This document shows positions 39,201 through 49,201 of a stretch of DNA of 64,000 bases, one piece after another. Source of the DNA: Leucoraja erinacea (Eukaryota); the NCBI RefSeq assembly GCF_028641065.1, contig NC_073413.1, positions 7,750,001 through 7,814,000 on the forward strand, given 5' to 3'. Both the position numbers and the translations under genes were made by a program. Every line of letters starts with the position of its first letter. Positions within the stretch are counted from its first letter, which is position 1. Below the pieces are notes generated by a model. The model did not search any database. It was given only the letters and a program-made list of their open reading frames with translations, and was not told where the DNA came from.

Positions 39201-41397
39201 ATATACTGAAGCTTGTGGAATTGCATTTCAACATCCAGATGGCGGTGAATGTGTGGAATTCATTGCCATAGATAGCTGGGGAAGCCAAGTCGTTGGATAT
39301 TTTTAAAGCGGATATTGATAGGTTCTTGATTAGCAAAGGCATCAAAGGTTACGGGGTAAAGGCATTTCATTGAGAGGGAAAAATAGATCAGCCATGATTG
39401 AATAACGGAGTACTCGAAGAGCTCAATGACCTAATTGTGATCTTATGTCTTATAAATTTATGAAACCTCAATTCCCCGATTCATACCTGAATACTAACAA
39501 TGAGTAAAGGCTGACAACATGGAATATTCTGTGTTATTCTTGAAGAAACACAGGTGCTTATAAATTCAAGATTCAAAACTTGCTAAACCTCAACATGTGT
39601 TCACTTATGTCAATGATTCTGGGTGCATTATTTGTAGAATATGACATGAAAAGGAAGTTAGATATGCATTTCACGGGTGGATAATAGTCATCATTGGGAT
39701 CAAGCAGTTTTTCCTCAGGCCATTTAGGATTGAGATGATGAAAAACTTTTTCACCCAGAGAGTTGTGAATCTGTGGAATTCTCTGCCATAGAAGGCAGTG
39801 GAGGCCAATTCACTGGATGTTTTCAAGAGAGAGTTAGATTTAGCTCTTTGGGCTAACAGAATCAAGGGATATGGGGAAAATGCAGGAACGGGGTACTGAT
39901 TTTGGATGATCAGCCATGATCATATTGAATGGCGGTGCTGGCTCGAAGAGCCGAATGGCCTACTCCTGCACATATTTTCTATTTTTCCAAATTAAATTAG
40001 CGGTCATAAGGTGAAGGACAAATACTTGTCACATTTACAAGGTGATTTTCTAGATCAATATGTTGAGGGAATAACTAGGGAAATAGCTAATGTAGATCTT
40101 GTATGGCGCAATCAGACGGCATTATTTAATTAAAAAGTTCACAATGTGCTGGAGTAACTCAGTAGGTCAGGCAGCATCTCTGGAGAACTATGATAGGTGA
40201 CATTTTGGGTCACGATTACCTTTCTTCAGACTTATTCAGGATTATTTAATAAATTTGTTATTAGACATTTCACAATTTATTTCAGATCAAGATATTTTCC
40301 ATCATGAGTGATATTCAAAAATATGGACAGGCTAAATGAAAGGTAATCAGCAGATGGAGGAGAATGCAAGGTGGTGGAATAAACAAGAAAGGCAGAGATT
40401 TTCTTTATAAAGGTGAGAGACTTAAAGAAACGTGTTCAGGAAGACCTCAGCATTCTTGTATAACACGGGCACATGCAGATACGGGAAACAATTAGGAATA
40501 AATGGTAAATTGGTCTCCATTTCAAAAGGTTGTTTACCATGGCTGGAAGTCAATCATTCAGGACAGAAGAAATTACATCATCCAATGGATATGGGGGCTC
40601 ACTAGCTTTGTATATATAAGACACAATTCCATAAAGGTCTTGGATTTGGAATCCAAAAGTTATATTGTTATGGAAATCAATAGTTAAGCAGTTAGCACAG
40701 GAAAACGGTGCTGAATGAAAACACCAGCCATGGTCTTATGGAACTGACAGCCGATTGCCCTACTTCCACGTCTATTTACGTTTTTATTCAATTGTACACA
40801 GATAAGGTAATAGGTATAGGCGAGTTAACCTAAGCAGGAAGGTGAATAATCAGTTGGCATAGATTTAACATTAACAGAATCTTCAGGGAAAATGACTCAC
40901 TGCCTGAAAGTCTTTTGGAGGCAGCAGATTTCGACACATTTAAAAATGATGAGCTCGATCTGCTGTATAATGATGCCAAGCAGGAACTGGAAAATGGAAC
41001 AAGCCTCAATCGGATTTTATTAGGCAGCATGGGCATAGTGAGTATGATTGAAGACAAGAAACACTGATCAATAAAATGAGGTTCACTATTTTACATAAGT
41101 TACAAAGTCGTGATATATTCAAAAGCCACACTGAACTTGTTACCTCTTATTAATTAACCCCTAATGCTAAGGAAAGTAAATAACTAGAACTACCTTATAC
41201 CCACTTTCCCCACACATATATTCAAAACAATATATTTTCTATGGGTGACATCCAATATCCAGGTGTATCGCATCCTGAGAGATCGGGTAAGCTGAGCAAA
41301 ATATCGACTCACCATCTATATCCCCAAAATTGAGTCCCTCACTGAACTCAGTCAGTGAGGGGTCCATATTTTCAAGCGACATGTCTTCGTTCTCCAT
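12052..41397 (-). CDS. SREBF2: Sterol regulatory element-binding protein 2; 19 coding exons, 3610 nt as written (3612 nt = 1203 aa if the 2-bp exon 2 gap is restored)
   Basis: Acidic N-terminus FGDIDEMLQFV; bHLH with SREBP-specific Tyr ([10 protein letters not shown]); SPPxSDSG degron; two TM helices; RxxL S1P site; C-terminal regulatory domain; intronic miR-33; CCDC134 upstream as in human. Confidence 0.96.
13250..13445 (-). mobile_element. Penelope-like element ORF C-terminus (GIY-YIG region), degraded
   Basis: [11 protein letters not shown]...[13 protein letters not shown] resembles the Penelope ORF end; terminal repeat follows at about 12930-13050. Confidence 0.65.
14000..14930 (+). mobile_element. 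Old, heavily degraded CR1-type RT fragment
   Basis: Relics of RT-domain motifs with many stops and frameshifts. Confidence 0.5.
15285..15396 (-). CDS. SREBF2: SREBF2 exon 18
   Basis: [30 protein letters not shown]. Confidence 0.93.
15450..15748 (-). mobile_element. Full-length tRNA-derived V-SINE/HE1-like SINE
   Basis: A-box TGGCACAATGG, B-box GGTTTGATCC, core GTGGGTTTTCTCTGGGTGCTCC...TAGGTTAATTGG, (TAAAC)n tail. Confidence 0.8.
16365..16550 (-). CDS. SREBF2: SREBF2 exon 17
   Basis: [21 protein letters not shown]...[12 protein letters not shown]. Confidence 0.93.
17595..17667 (-). ncRNA. MIR33: miR-33 precursor hairpin in SREBF2 intron 16; 5p at 17660-17640, 3p at 17621-17601
   Basis: Minus strand reads GTGCATTGTAGTTGCATTGCA (canonical miR-33a-5p), loop, CAATGTGTCTGCAGTGCAATA; flanks CCTCTG/CAGAGG pair; same host intron as in mammals. 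Confidence 0.97.
17884..18052 (-). CDS. SREBF2: SREBF2 exon 16
   Basis: [14 protein letters not shown]...[12 protein letters not shown]. Confidence 0.9.
18930..19240 (-). mobile_element. V-SINE/HE1-like SINE
   Basis: Same family as 15450-15748. Confidence 0.7.
19544..19676 (-). CDS. SREBF2: SREBF2 exon 15
   Basis: [12 protein letters not shown]...WLQGDD...VERIPKSL. Confidence 0.92.
20235..20595 (+). mobile_element. CR1 LINE 3' fragment
   Basis: ttcttcagccagaaggtggtgaatctgtggaat plus CR1 3' UTR. Confidence 0.75.
20704..20813 (-). CDS. SREBF2: SREBF2 exon 14
   Basis: [17 protein letters not shown]; phase 2/1. Confidence 0.9.
21971..22064 (-). CDS. SREBF2: SREBF2 exon 13
   Basis: [25 protein letters not shown]. 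Confidence 0.9.
23459..23627 (-). CDS. SREBF2: SREBF2 exon 12
   Basis: GYFLRRAQ...[11 protein letters not shown]...SLFSSPRNP. Confidence 0.92.
23810..24282 (+). mobile_element. CR1 LINE 3' fragment with short nested insert
   Basis: CR1 ORF2 end and (CTATGT)n tail; extra segment 23888-23955. Confidence 0.8.
24519..24685 (-). CDS. SREBF2: SREBF2 exon 11
   Basis: [18 protein letters not shown]...EIYITAA. Confidence 0.92.
25060..25510 (+). mobile_element. 5'-truncated L1/Tx1-type retrotransposon insertion with poly(A) and 13-bp TSD
   Basis: ORF end [25 protein letters not shown]-tail; AGAAATCTCTGAG at 25047-25059 and 25511-25523. Confidence 0.75.
25978..26239 (-). CDS. SREBF2: SREBF2 exon 10
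   Basis: [22 protein letters not shown]...[18 protein letters not shown]. Confidence 0.93.
27236..27420 (-). CDS. SREBF2: SREBF2 exon 9 (TM2)
   Basis: [21 protein letters not shown]...[14 protein letters not shown]. Confidence 0.93.
28620..28795. mobile_element. Penelope-like terminal repeats fused head-to-head into a near-perfect palindrome
   Basis: gtagacaaaagtgctggagaaactc...ggcaacgtttcggccgaaacgttgcc...gagtttctccagcacttttgtctac. Confidence 0.7.
28916..29102 (-). CDS. SREBF2: SREBF2 exon 8 (TM1, S1P site)
   Basis: [34 protein letters not shown]...GRSML. Confidence 0.93.
29840..30021 (-). CDS. SREBF2: SREBF2 exon 7
   Basis: [10 protein letters not shown]...[15 protein letters not shown]. 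Confidence 0.92.
30310..30424 (-). CDS. SREBF2: SREBF2 exon 6 (helix 2 / zipper)
   Basis: [32 protein letters not shown]. Confidence 0.95.
30740..30907. mobile_element. Partial non-autonomous DNA transposon (Harbinger-like end)
   Basis: Ends gtgggacagggc-ttt, like the TIR at 34449-34461. Confidence 0.45.
30965..31189 (-). CDS. SREBF2: SREBF2 exon 5 (basic region / helix 1)
   Basis: [38 protein letters not shown]. Confidence 0.95.
33039..33185 (-). CDS. SREBF2: SREBF2 exon 4
   Basis: [16 protein letters not shown]...TTALQVP. Confidence 0.93.
33979..34166 (-). CDS. SREBF2: SREBF2 exon 3
   Basis: [25 protein letters not shown]...MQQVP. Confidence 0.92.
34236..34461. mobile_element. MITE (Harbinger-like) with about 85-bp inverted arms
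   Basis: TGCCCCTGTCCCACTTAGGAAACCTGAACGGAA...TTCCGTTCAGGTTTCCTAAGTGGGACAGGGGCA; TAA/TTA flanks. Confidence 0.85.
35301..35973 (-). CDS. SREBF2: SREBF2 exon 2 (Gln-rich; apparent 2-bp deletion at 35696/35697)
   Basis: [19 protein letters not shown] in one frame; [12 protein letters not shown]...YQNQGGFS in another. Confidence 0.85.
35500..35850 (-). repeat. Coding CAG/CAA-rich minisatellite encoding (QQQQLV)n
   Basis: Imperfect repeats of CAGCAACTAGTGCAGCAACAG. Confidence 0.9.
36108..37544. mobile_element. Non-autonomous DNA transposon with TA flanks, 14-bp TIRs and internal (TTAGGG)n tracts
   Basis: GGCTGTGGGCCGAG ... CTTGGCCCACAGCC; subterminal inverted similarity GTGACCCA...GAACTAC. Confidence 0.7.
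39720..39985 (+). mobile_element. CR1 LINE 3' fragment
   Basis: tttcacccagagagttgtgaatctgtggaattct plus 3' UTR. Confidence 0.85.
41313..41397 (-). CDS. SREBF2: SREBF2 exon 1 (coding part)
   Basis: [28 protein letters not shown]; gtgagt donor, phase 1. Confidence 0.9.
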
Positions 41398-41499
41398 TGC
41401 TTTAACAGTGTGGTGGTGAAAATATTACTTTCTGGGGGATAGTGATAATGGGAGCGTGACTATCCCCAACCCCACTCCCTTATTGATAAGAAACGTTGG

Positions 41500-41810
41500 C
41501 GTATCCGCCACTTTCGGGCAGCATTGTTGTTGTTATTCTCGATGGCGGCGGTGCTTCCTCGGTGACAGCGGCGCCATCTTGCCGGCCGTTCGAGCCGCCC
41601 TCCCTCCCCAGGCCCCGCCCCCGCCCGCGCGGCGTCCGGCTCGAACGGTGGCGCGAGCGGCGGCCGTTCGTCGTGTCGGGGAACACGAGATAGCGGACGG
41701 CCAATGGGCCCGCGCTCCGCCCGGTGGGGCGATGCGGCGTCACGGCCGGTCGTCATGGTGACGCGGCCTTAGTCAGAGCCGCCCGCCCGAAGCCTGCGGT
41801 CTCGGTGAGG
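41500..41810 (-). promoter_or_regulatory. SREBF2 CpG-island promoter: SRE-like ATCGCCCCAC (41733-41724), inverted CCAAT (41701-41705), GC box (41613-41620), YY1-like AAGATGGCG (41580-41572)
   Basis: Motifs read directly; SRE plus NF-Y is the established autoregulatory architecture of mammalian SREBF2. Confidence 0.75.
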
Positions 41811-41823
41811 TAACCCACTTATT

Positions 41824-42310
41824 ATATGCGCTGAAGTAGTTGTAATGAGGTACACGCAGTTGCATTGAGTAATATGCACTGAAGTCGACTTGTAATGAGG
41901 TACACGCAGTTGCATTGAGTAATATGCACTGAAGTCGACTTGTAATTAGGTACACGCAGTTGCATTGAGTAATATGCACTGAAGTCGACTTGTAATGAGG
42001 TACACGCAGTTGCATTGAGTAATATGCACTGAAGTCGACTTGTAATTAGGTACACGCAGTTGCATTGAGTAATATGCACTGAAGTCGACTTGTAATTAGG
42101 TACACGCAGTTGCATTGAGTAATATGCACTTGAGTAATATGCACTGAAGTCGACTTGTAATTAGGTACACGCAGTTGCATTGAGTAATATGCGCTGAAGT
42201 AGAGTTGTAATGAGGTACACGCAGTTGCATTGAGTAATATGCACTGAAGTCGACTTGTAATTAGGTACACGCAGTTGCATTGAGTAATATGCACTGAAGT
42301 CGACTTGTAA
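41824..42310. repeat. 50-bp minisatellite, about 9.5 copies, plus a detached copy at 42978-43070
   Basis: Unit GCACTGAAGTCGACTTGTAAT(G/T)AGGTACACGCAGTTGCATTGAGTAATAT. Confidence 0.95.
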
Positions 42311-42977
42311 GGAATCATATGGTGCAACACAATTGTAAAACCTAACTGTTTCAGGACTGGATGAGGGATGGTCAAGATTATAAACAATGATCTCCTTACC
42401 TTTTTGTTTTTGTTTATTTGTTTATTTATTTTATGTCTTATTCTCTTCTTTCTGAACAAGGGGTCACAGTTTAAGGATAAAAGGGGGAAATCTTTTAGGA
42501 CCAAGATGAGGAAAACATTTTTCACACAGAGAGTGGTGAATCTGTGGAATTCTCTGCCACAGAAGGTAGTTGAGGCCACAGTTCATTGACTATATTTAAG
42601 AGGGAGTTAGATGTGGCCCTTGTGGCTAAAGTGATTAGGGGGTATGGAGAGAAGGCAGGTACAAGATACTGAGTTGGATGATCAGCCATCATCATATTGA
42701 AGGGCCGAATGGCCTACCCCTGCACCTAATTTCTATGTTTCTATTTTCTTTTCCTCAACTTTCCTCACTCATTCGTCTTTTTTCTTTTTCTTCACACACT
42801 ATATATCTCACGCCTTTCTATCCTTTACTATCTAATTTATTTTTCTTATTCTCATCTTTCTTTATTATAACAAAAAAAAAGAAGCTGTACATAAAATGTA
42901 TTATGAATATATATATTAGGCACTTTGGTGCCATATGATTGTACCTGTAATACTAATAAAATATTAATATTTTAAAA
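42311..42977 (+). mobile_element. L1-type 3' fragment with nested CR1 fragment (about 42458-42742), inserted into the minisatellite
   Basis: ggaatcatatggtgca resembles the ORF end of the 25060 element; AATAAA/A-rich end; CR1 [14 protein letters not shown] inside. Confidence 0.6.
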
Positions 42978-45900
42978 GAAGTAGAGTTGTAATAAGATAC
43001 ACGCAGTTGCATTGAGTAATATGCACTGAAGTCGACTTGTAATGAGGTATATGTACTGAGGTAGACTTATGACACGATAGAACTTTATTTATCCCAGGAG
43101 GGAAATTGATCTGCCAACTACAGTCATAAAAAATACAAAATACATGAAATTAAAGTGACGAGTGGAAAGGATTGGGGAGAGGAGAGTCAGTCTACTTCAC
43201 GACAGAAGGAGGAGTTGTACGGTTTGGTAGCCACGGGGAAAAACGATCTCAAGATTCAAGAGAGTTTATTGTCATGTGTCCCTGATAGGACAATGAAATT
43301 CTTGCTTTGCTTCAGCACAACAGAACATTGACTACAAACTATTGACTTAATCTCCTGTGGTGTTCTGTGCTGCATCTTGGTGGAATCAGTCTGTTGCTGA
43401 AGGTACTCCTCAGGTTGACCAGTGTGTGTCACGGAGGGGGCGAGCAGTTAGTATATTTGGCCCAAGCTGGAGGGGGTGAGCTGTATTGTCCGCAGTTTGA
43501 GGCAAAGATCCTATAGCGAGCTGAAGGATCTTTGGTTTGAGGAACATCCCGAGTACTCCCCTCCAAGACCACCTCCCATGAATCCAACTCCGTCCCCAGG
43601 ATAGAGTCAGCCCTCCTGATGAGTTTGTTAATCCTGTTGACGTCTGTCGACTGTCTTATAATATGCACTGAGGTTTGAGTTGACATATGTCCCAGATAGA
43701 ACAACCCGAAATGTCACCAATTCCTTCTCGGCAGAGATGCTGCCTGTCCTGCTGAGTTACTCCAGCATTTTGTATCCATCATTGGTGTAAATCACCATCT
43801 GCAGTTCCTTCCCACACAGAACAATGGAATTCTTGCAGCAGCACAACAGAATATGTAAACATAGTACTCTGTAAACAATGTAATAAATGATACACGTGTG
43901 TGTACATACTCACACACATAAAACAAACAAACTATAATAGTGCAAAAAGACAAAACCAATGCCCCTAGGTCTGTGTAGTTTAGAGCTTATTTGGAGGTTG
44001 CTGTGTTTAATAGCCTAATGGCTGTAGGGAAGATCCCTATCCATGTTCTCCAGAGATGCTGCCTGATCCACTGAGTTACCCCAGCACTTTTTTGTCCTTT
44101 CAGCCCTTGACTGCCATTGAAATGCAAATCATCAGAGCACAGAAGCAGGATTGAAGAATTTATTTTACCTTTGCCTCTCAAATTTTTTTACTCTGCTTCC
44201 TTTTTCTACCTTTTCTACACCTTTTTTTTCATCCTGTATATTTATTTGTTTATACCATATTTATTTTTCAGGCTTCGTATATCCTTGTGGTAAGGATGTA
44301 TATTACAATCAAAGAGCACAGGAAAAGGTCTTCATAATACAAGGTTCATAACTCTCCAACTCTTGGATATTATTTTGTCTTTGAACACATTTGTTTATCA
44401 GTCATAAAAATGCCAGAAAAGGCAAGGAGGGAGTTTATTTATATGGAGAGATATTGGGAGATGAGATGTTGTAATCTTGAAATCAACATTAGAAACCATT
44501 AAGTCATCGGTGGAGATGCTAAAATAGGCAAATATGTATCGCAATGACTGAAGGGAAAATCAGGGGAAAGCACATGCAACATCTTAATCAGTGTAAGTCA
44601 AATAGAAACTTAGAAAGGTTAAATCGGCTAACATTAAAAATTTCCATCATGTATGAACATTTTCAAAGAAAGGAAAAGCAGAGTTCAAGAATAAAGGACT
44701 TTATGAAACCTGTTAACAGTGTTGCATTGTAGTTGGTATTTGAATTTAACAGTTTTAATCAATAACAGCCCCTCAGGTTTTCTTGGAATTTAAAAAAATT
44801 TAAATCAAACAATATTCATGCCATTGATAAAAGCCATTACTATGTAATTTAAAACTTGCCTTAACAATGTTACATGCTGGGATATCTGGAGAGGGTGCAT
44901 ATAGGTGTACATCACAAAAGTAGGCCCTTCCTTCCACTAAATCTCTGCTGACCATAAAACAACCATTTACACATATCCATTTTATTCTGTGTAAGAAAGA
45001 ACTGCAGATGCTGGTTTCAATCAAAGGTTGACACAAAATGCTGGAGTAACTCAGCGAGTGAGGCAGCATCTCTGGAGAGAAAGAATTAGCGATGTTTCGG
45101 GTCGAGATCCTTCTTCACTGAATGTTATTCTCGTTTTATTCTCTCCGTAAGCCCATCAACTCCCACCAGTTTCTACCACTCAACTGCAAATTGGAGGCAA
45201 TATTTCCAATTAACTCCAATGGTAATGGCCAATTAACAGAACAACCTACACATTATAGTGACATACAGCACAAAAACAGACCCTTTGGCCCATAATTACC
45301 ATGCTGTTCATTGTACCTATCTGTATTAATTCCATTTACGTGCATTAGATTTCTAGCCTGTGTCTCAGCAACTGACTTATCCAGATAGTTCTTCAATATT
45401 GTGGGAGTATGGACCTAGGCCACCTCTTCAGACTCCAACTACCCTGTGTGAAAGAAAAACTCACTCAGACCTACTCTAAACCCAGTGTGCTTGGTTCCTA
45501 CTCCTCACCTTCATATGTACTTTTGTTCTAGACACCTCCACCACTACCTTATCAATCCCTTTCTTAATTTTATTTACCACTGTCAGGTCACCCACTGCCT
45601 CCTCTGTCTCAGGGTAAACAAAGGTCGCCTATCCGATCTTTTCCAATAAATGAAATGCTCCCATCCAGCTGAATTTCCTCTGCAGCCTCTCTAGCACAAT
45701 CCTGTCCTTCGCTCTAAGATCTTTGATCCTGTCCTTCGTTTCTTTAATGGGGTGACCAGAAATGTATGCAACACTCAAAGTGTAGCCATACCAATGTTTT
45801 ATAAAGCTGTAACATGATGTCCTATATTCCATGCCACAGCCAATGAAGGGGTATCCCATAGGCCTTAATTACTACTTTATCCACCTGTGTTGCCACTTTC

Positions 45901-46648
45901 ATAAATTTATGGACATACCCCAAACTCCCTCCGTACATCAATGCGCTCCATCACCCCGCGATTAACTGTGTTGGCCTTCCAAAAATGCATCACATCAGCT
46001 TTGTCACAATTAAATTCGTCCTTGAGAGGAAAGCTGAGCGCCCTCGATCACAGAGAGAATGTGTAAACTTCATACAGACAGTACTGGTGATCAAGATTGA
46101 ACCCACATCCGTGGAACTGTGAGGCAACCACTACACTAATTGTGCCACTCAATGCATCTGTGTGCTGGACTGGATATATAGGTTATGTAGGAACTCTCAC
46201 TAAGGTTTATGACTTCAAATATGTTATTACAACATCTTTTAATTTAGCTGCTTCGGTAGAGTTCACAAATTGAAGCATCTTTTTAATAACCTAAAATATC
46301 CTAATTTCAGGAAAAAATAAATAAAAATCTTAACATCCCAATCTGAACCACAATAGAAAATGAACTATTTAAGCCTCACATTAATACTGTGTATTAATAA
46401 ACTTTGCACAAATCTCCCAAAACAATGTAGTAATTATCAGAAACGGGTGGAATTTCTCTAGCCTCCCAAAATTACTGTTGTGTTCTTCCTGTTATCAAAA
46501 AATATTTTTCGTCCCTTCAATCACCTCGCTGTATAATTAAACGTGAACACATTAATTGTAGTTTATCTGTAACTTATGCAGTTCATTTTAATGCTATTTT
46601 TATAAAAATTGAGGATTTGGCTCATACTCGTGTGTATCTCCATCATCT

Positions 46649-47415
46649 TTTCCATGTCATTAAAACCTCCTTCTCTCATCTCCGCCACATCGCCAAACTC
46701 AGACCCTCTCTCACACCTCCTGCTGCTGAAAGACTCATCCATGCCTTCATCTCCTCCCGACTGGACTATTGCAACTCACTGCTCCTTGGCATCAGCTCCA
46801 CCTACATCAACCGACTTCAACTGGTCCAGAACGCAGCCGCCCGACTCATCACCCACACCAAATCCTGACATCACATCACTCCAGTCCTCAAACAACTTCA
46901 CTGGCTTCCCATCTCCCACCGGATCACCTACAAAATCCTGATCCTCACCTACAAAGCCCTCCACCATCTGGCCCCCCCCCATATCTCACTGACCTCCTCT
47001 CCCCCCACCAACCCTCACGGTCCCTCAGATCCACATCAGCCGGTCTCCTCGCCATCCACAAGTCCAACCTCCGCAGTTTTGGGGACAGAGCCTTCTCCAG
47101 GGCAGCTCCCAGGCTCTGGAACTCCCTCCCCCAACTGATCCACAATTCCGTGTCCCTCACCATCTTCCAGTCCCGCCTCAAGACCCATCTCATCACCTCT
47201 GCCTATCCTTAGCCCCACGTCCCCCTCCCTTTTCATCTGTGCATTAATTGCCTCATATTGTGTTTTGAATTGTATTCTGTCTTTACTTTGTGTACTAGTC
47301 ATGTCTCTACTATTTATTTCATTCTCCTTACATGTTTTTCCTCTACCTGCTAAATTTTGTAAGGTGTCCTTGAGACTCTTGAAAGGCGCCCATAAATAAA
47401 ATTTATTATTATTAT
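46649..47415 (+). mobile_element. L2 LINE 3' fragment
   Basis: LIHAFISSRLDYCNSLL...LQLVQNAAARL...LHWLP...GDRAFSRAAPRLWNSLP; (ATT)n tail. Confidence 0.92.
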
Positions 47416-49075
47416 TTTCCTCCTCAACTATTTCTCCATCCTCCCCATACCAATTATTCTTATCACTGAATTTTGTACCCAACTTCAAGATTATTCAGTT
47501 CCACTTCTATAACATTTCTGCCTCTGCTCTGAAACCATTTCATCATGTTTCATCGTCATGGCAAACTTTATATTAAATCATATGCAATTATAAGTTGCTG
47601 ATAATTTGTCCAATTTTTCCCCTTGATTTTTTTGTAACAGTGAAACTAATAAAAGATCTCAAATCCAAATTCTAATAACAAATCTCTACTGTATTTCTTT
47701 TTTGCTTTCTTTCCCACCATATTGGCAGAGGGATGAGCCAAAATGAGTTGCAATAAGTTGTAAAGCACATTATGGCTCAAACAAAAAGGAATTGTAAAAG
47801 ATTTATAAAATAAAACGTATGACAACTTAAAAATGTAATTTTTTGAATCTCATGAATCACATTTATTCTTTATCCCCTCAACTCGACATATCCTCTCAAA
47901 TGTCAGCAAGCAATAGAATTCTTTGCATTTAACAAAAAATAATATATTTACCTAACCACTGAGACACTTCTATAGCACCGGTAAATTACATGATTTGTAA
48001 AAGCAATTATGACCTGCATTCTTTAGTCAGATTGGTACAGTGCACTGAAATTCCAAAGACACTGAAGGGGCTCCTTGTAATTTACGTAAGTTATGAAGAG
48101 AATAATGGGAAACACAACCTTTTCCTGGTTCTCCCTCCATAGATGCTGCCTGATATGCTGAGTATTACCAAAATGTTTTGTTTTAATTCCACACAGATAA
48201 TATCCCAAACCTTGAGGTTCTGAGATGAATGGTGGCAGCATTAAATGTTTACATTCTTTTCCGTCCAAATCAGACGTATTGAATAATTATTTGGCTCTTC
48301 AAAAATTTACCTGGCTAACCTTTATATACATCCTAAGCATCATAGCAGGAGTTTATCAAGTAAAATTTGACATAAAACCATATACATATTAGAACAGAGG
48401 TAGGTTTTGCAAAATATCTTAGAGGCAAAAAGTTGGGGAAAAGGACTCCCTATATATAATATCTATATATGGGAGATGCATAATATCATTCATTATTTTA
48501 ATAATGCATAATATCATAAATGTATTATATCAGATGCATAATATCATTCATTATTTTAAATAAACTGAAAATCTCGTTTGGTGACCGTAGAATTGGAACA
48601 TTCAGCCTATGAGTACTATTTTATGTGTACTGCATAGGATTGAAGAAATCTGTCAGTATTTAAGATCATTCATATTTTTTTACAACCCTGCTTTTTATTG
48701 TGAAATTGGAAAACCAAAAGTTCAACCTATATTGCACAATAGCGTTGGTACCTGCTTAAATTAATTCATTATTTAACAGTCATGAAAGAAAAGGTTTGTT
48801 AGCTCAGATACTGGGATTTTCACCAGCATTTCAGGAATTACATTCAGTAATTCAGACCTATTTTATTTACATGAATCAAAACAAATGCAGGCTTGATGAC
48901 ACTGCTTCTTTCAATTAAAGGTAGCAGCTCCAATGATGGCAAATACATAAAGGCTACCACCATCTTGAAATAATTTTCTTCAACCTTGTATAAGTATTGA
49001 TGGCAATGAAATATTTGTAGCAGCTCCAGTCAACAGTATAGTAACAGTTTTAGCAATTGTCATATTGCTCAGTGG

Positions 49076-49201
49076 TCATAATTCAGATCTAGTCTTTGAA
49101 ATTCTTGGCCCTTTTCGAAGCTCCTTCCTCTTATCTTCTTTTTTTCTCCTTTTCTCCTCATCCTTAAAGGCTTTACGAAAGGCATCAGTAGTCTCGATAA
49201 A
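49076..49201 (-). CDS. CCDC134: CCDC134 last coding exon
   Basis: [41 protein letters not shown]. Confidence 0.93.
   Translation of the reverse strand, partial: FIETTDAFRKAFKDEEKRRKKEDKRKELRKGPRISKTRSEL

Noticed and set aside
12052-41397. SREBF1 identity or pseudogene status
   Set aside because: Sequence motifs, miR-33a sequence and CCDC134 adjacency indicate SREBF2; 18 intact exons with canonical splice sites argue against a pseudogene
41824-42310. CRISPR-like array or protein-coding repeat ORFs (41773-42015, 41822-42115)
   Set aside because: Head-to-tail identical units with no unique spacers, eukaryotic context, no cas genes; ORFs are by-products of the repeat
46617-47212. Host protein-coding gene
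   Set aside because: L2 reverse-transcriptase C-terminus with an internal stop and frameshift
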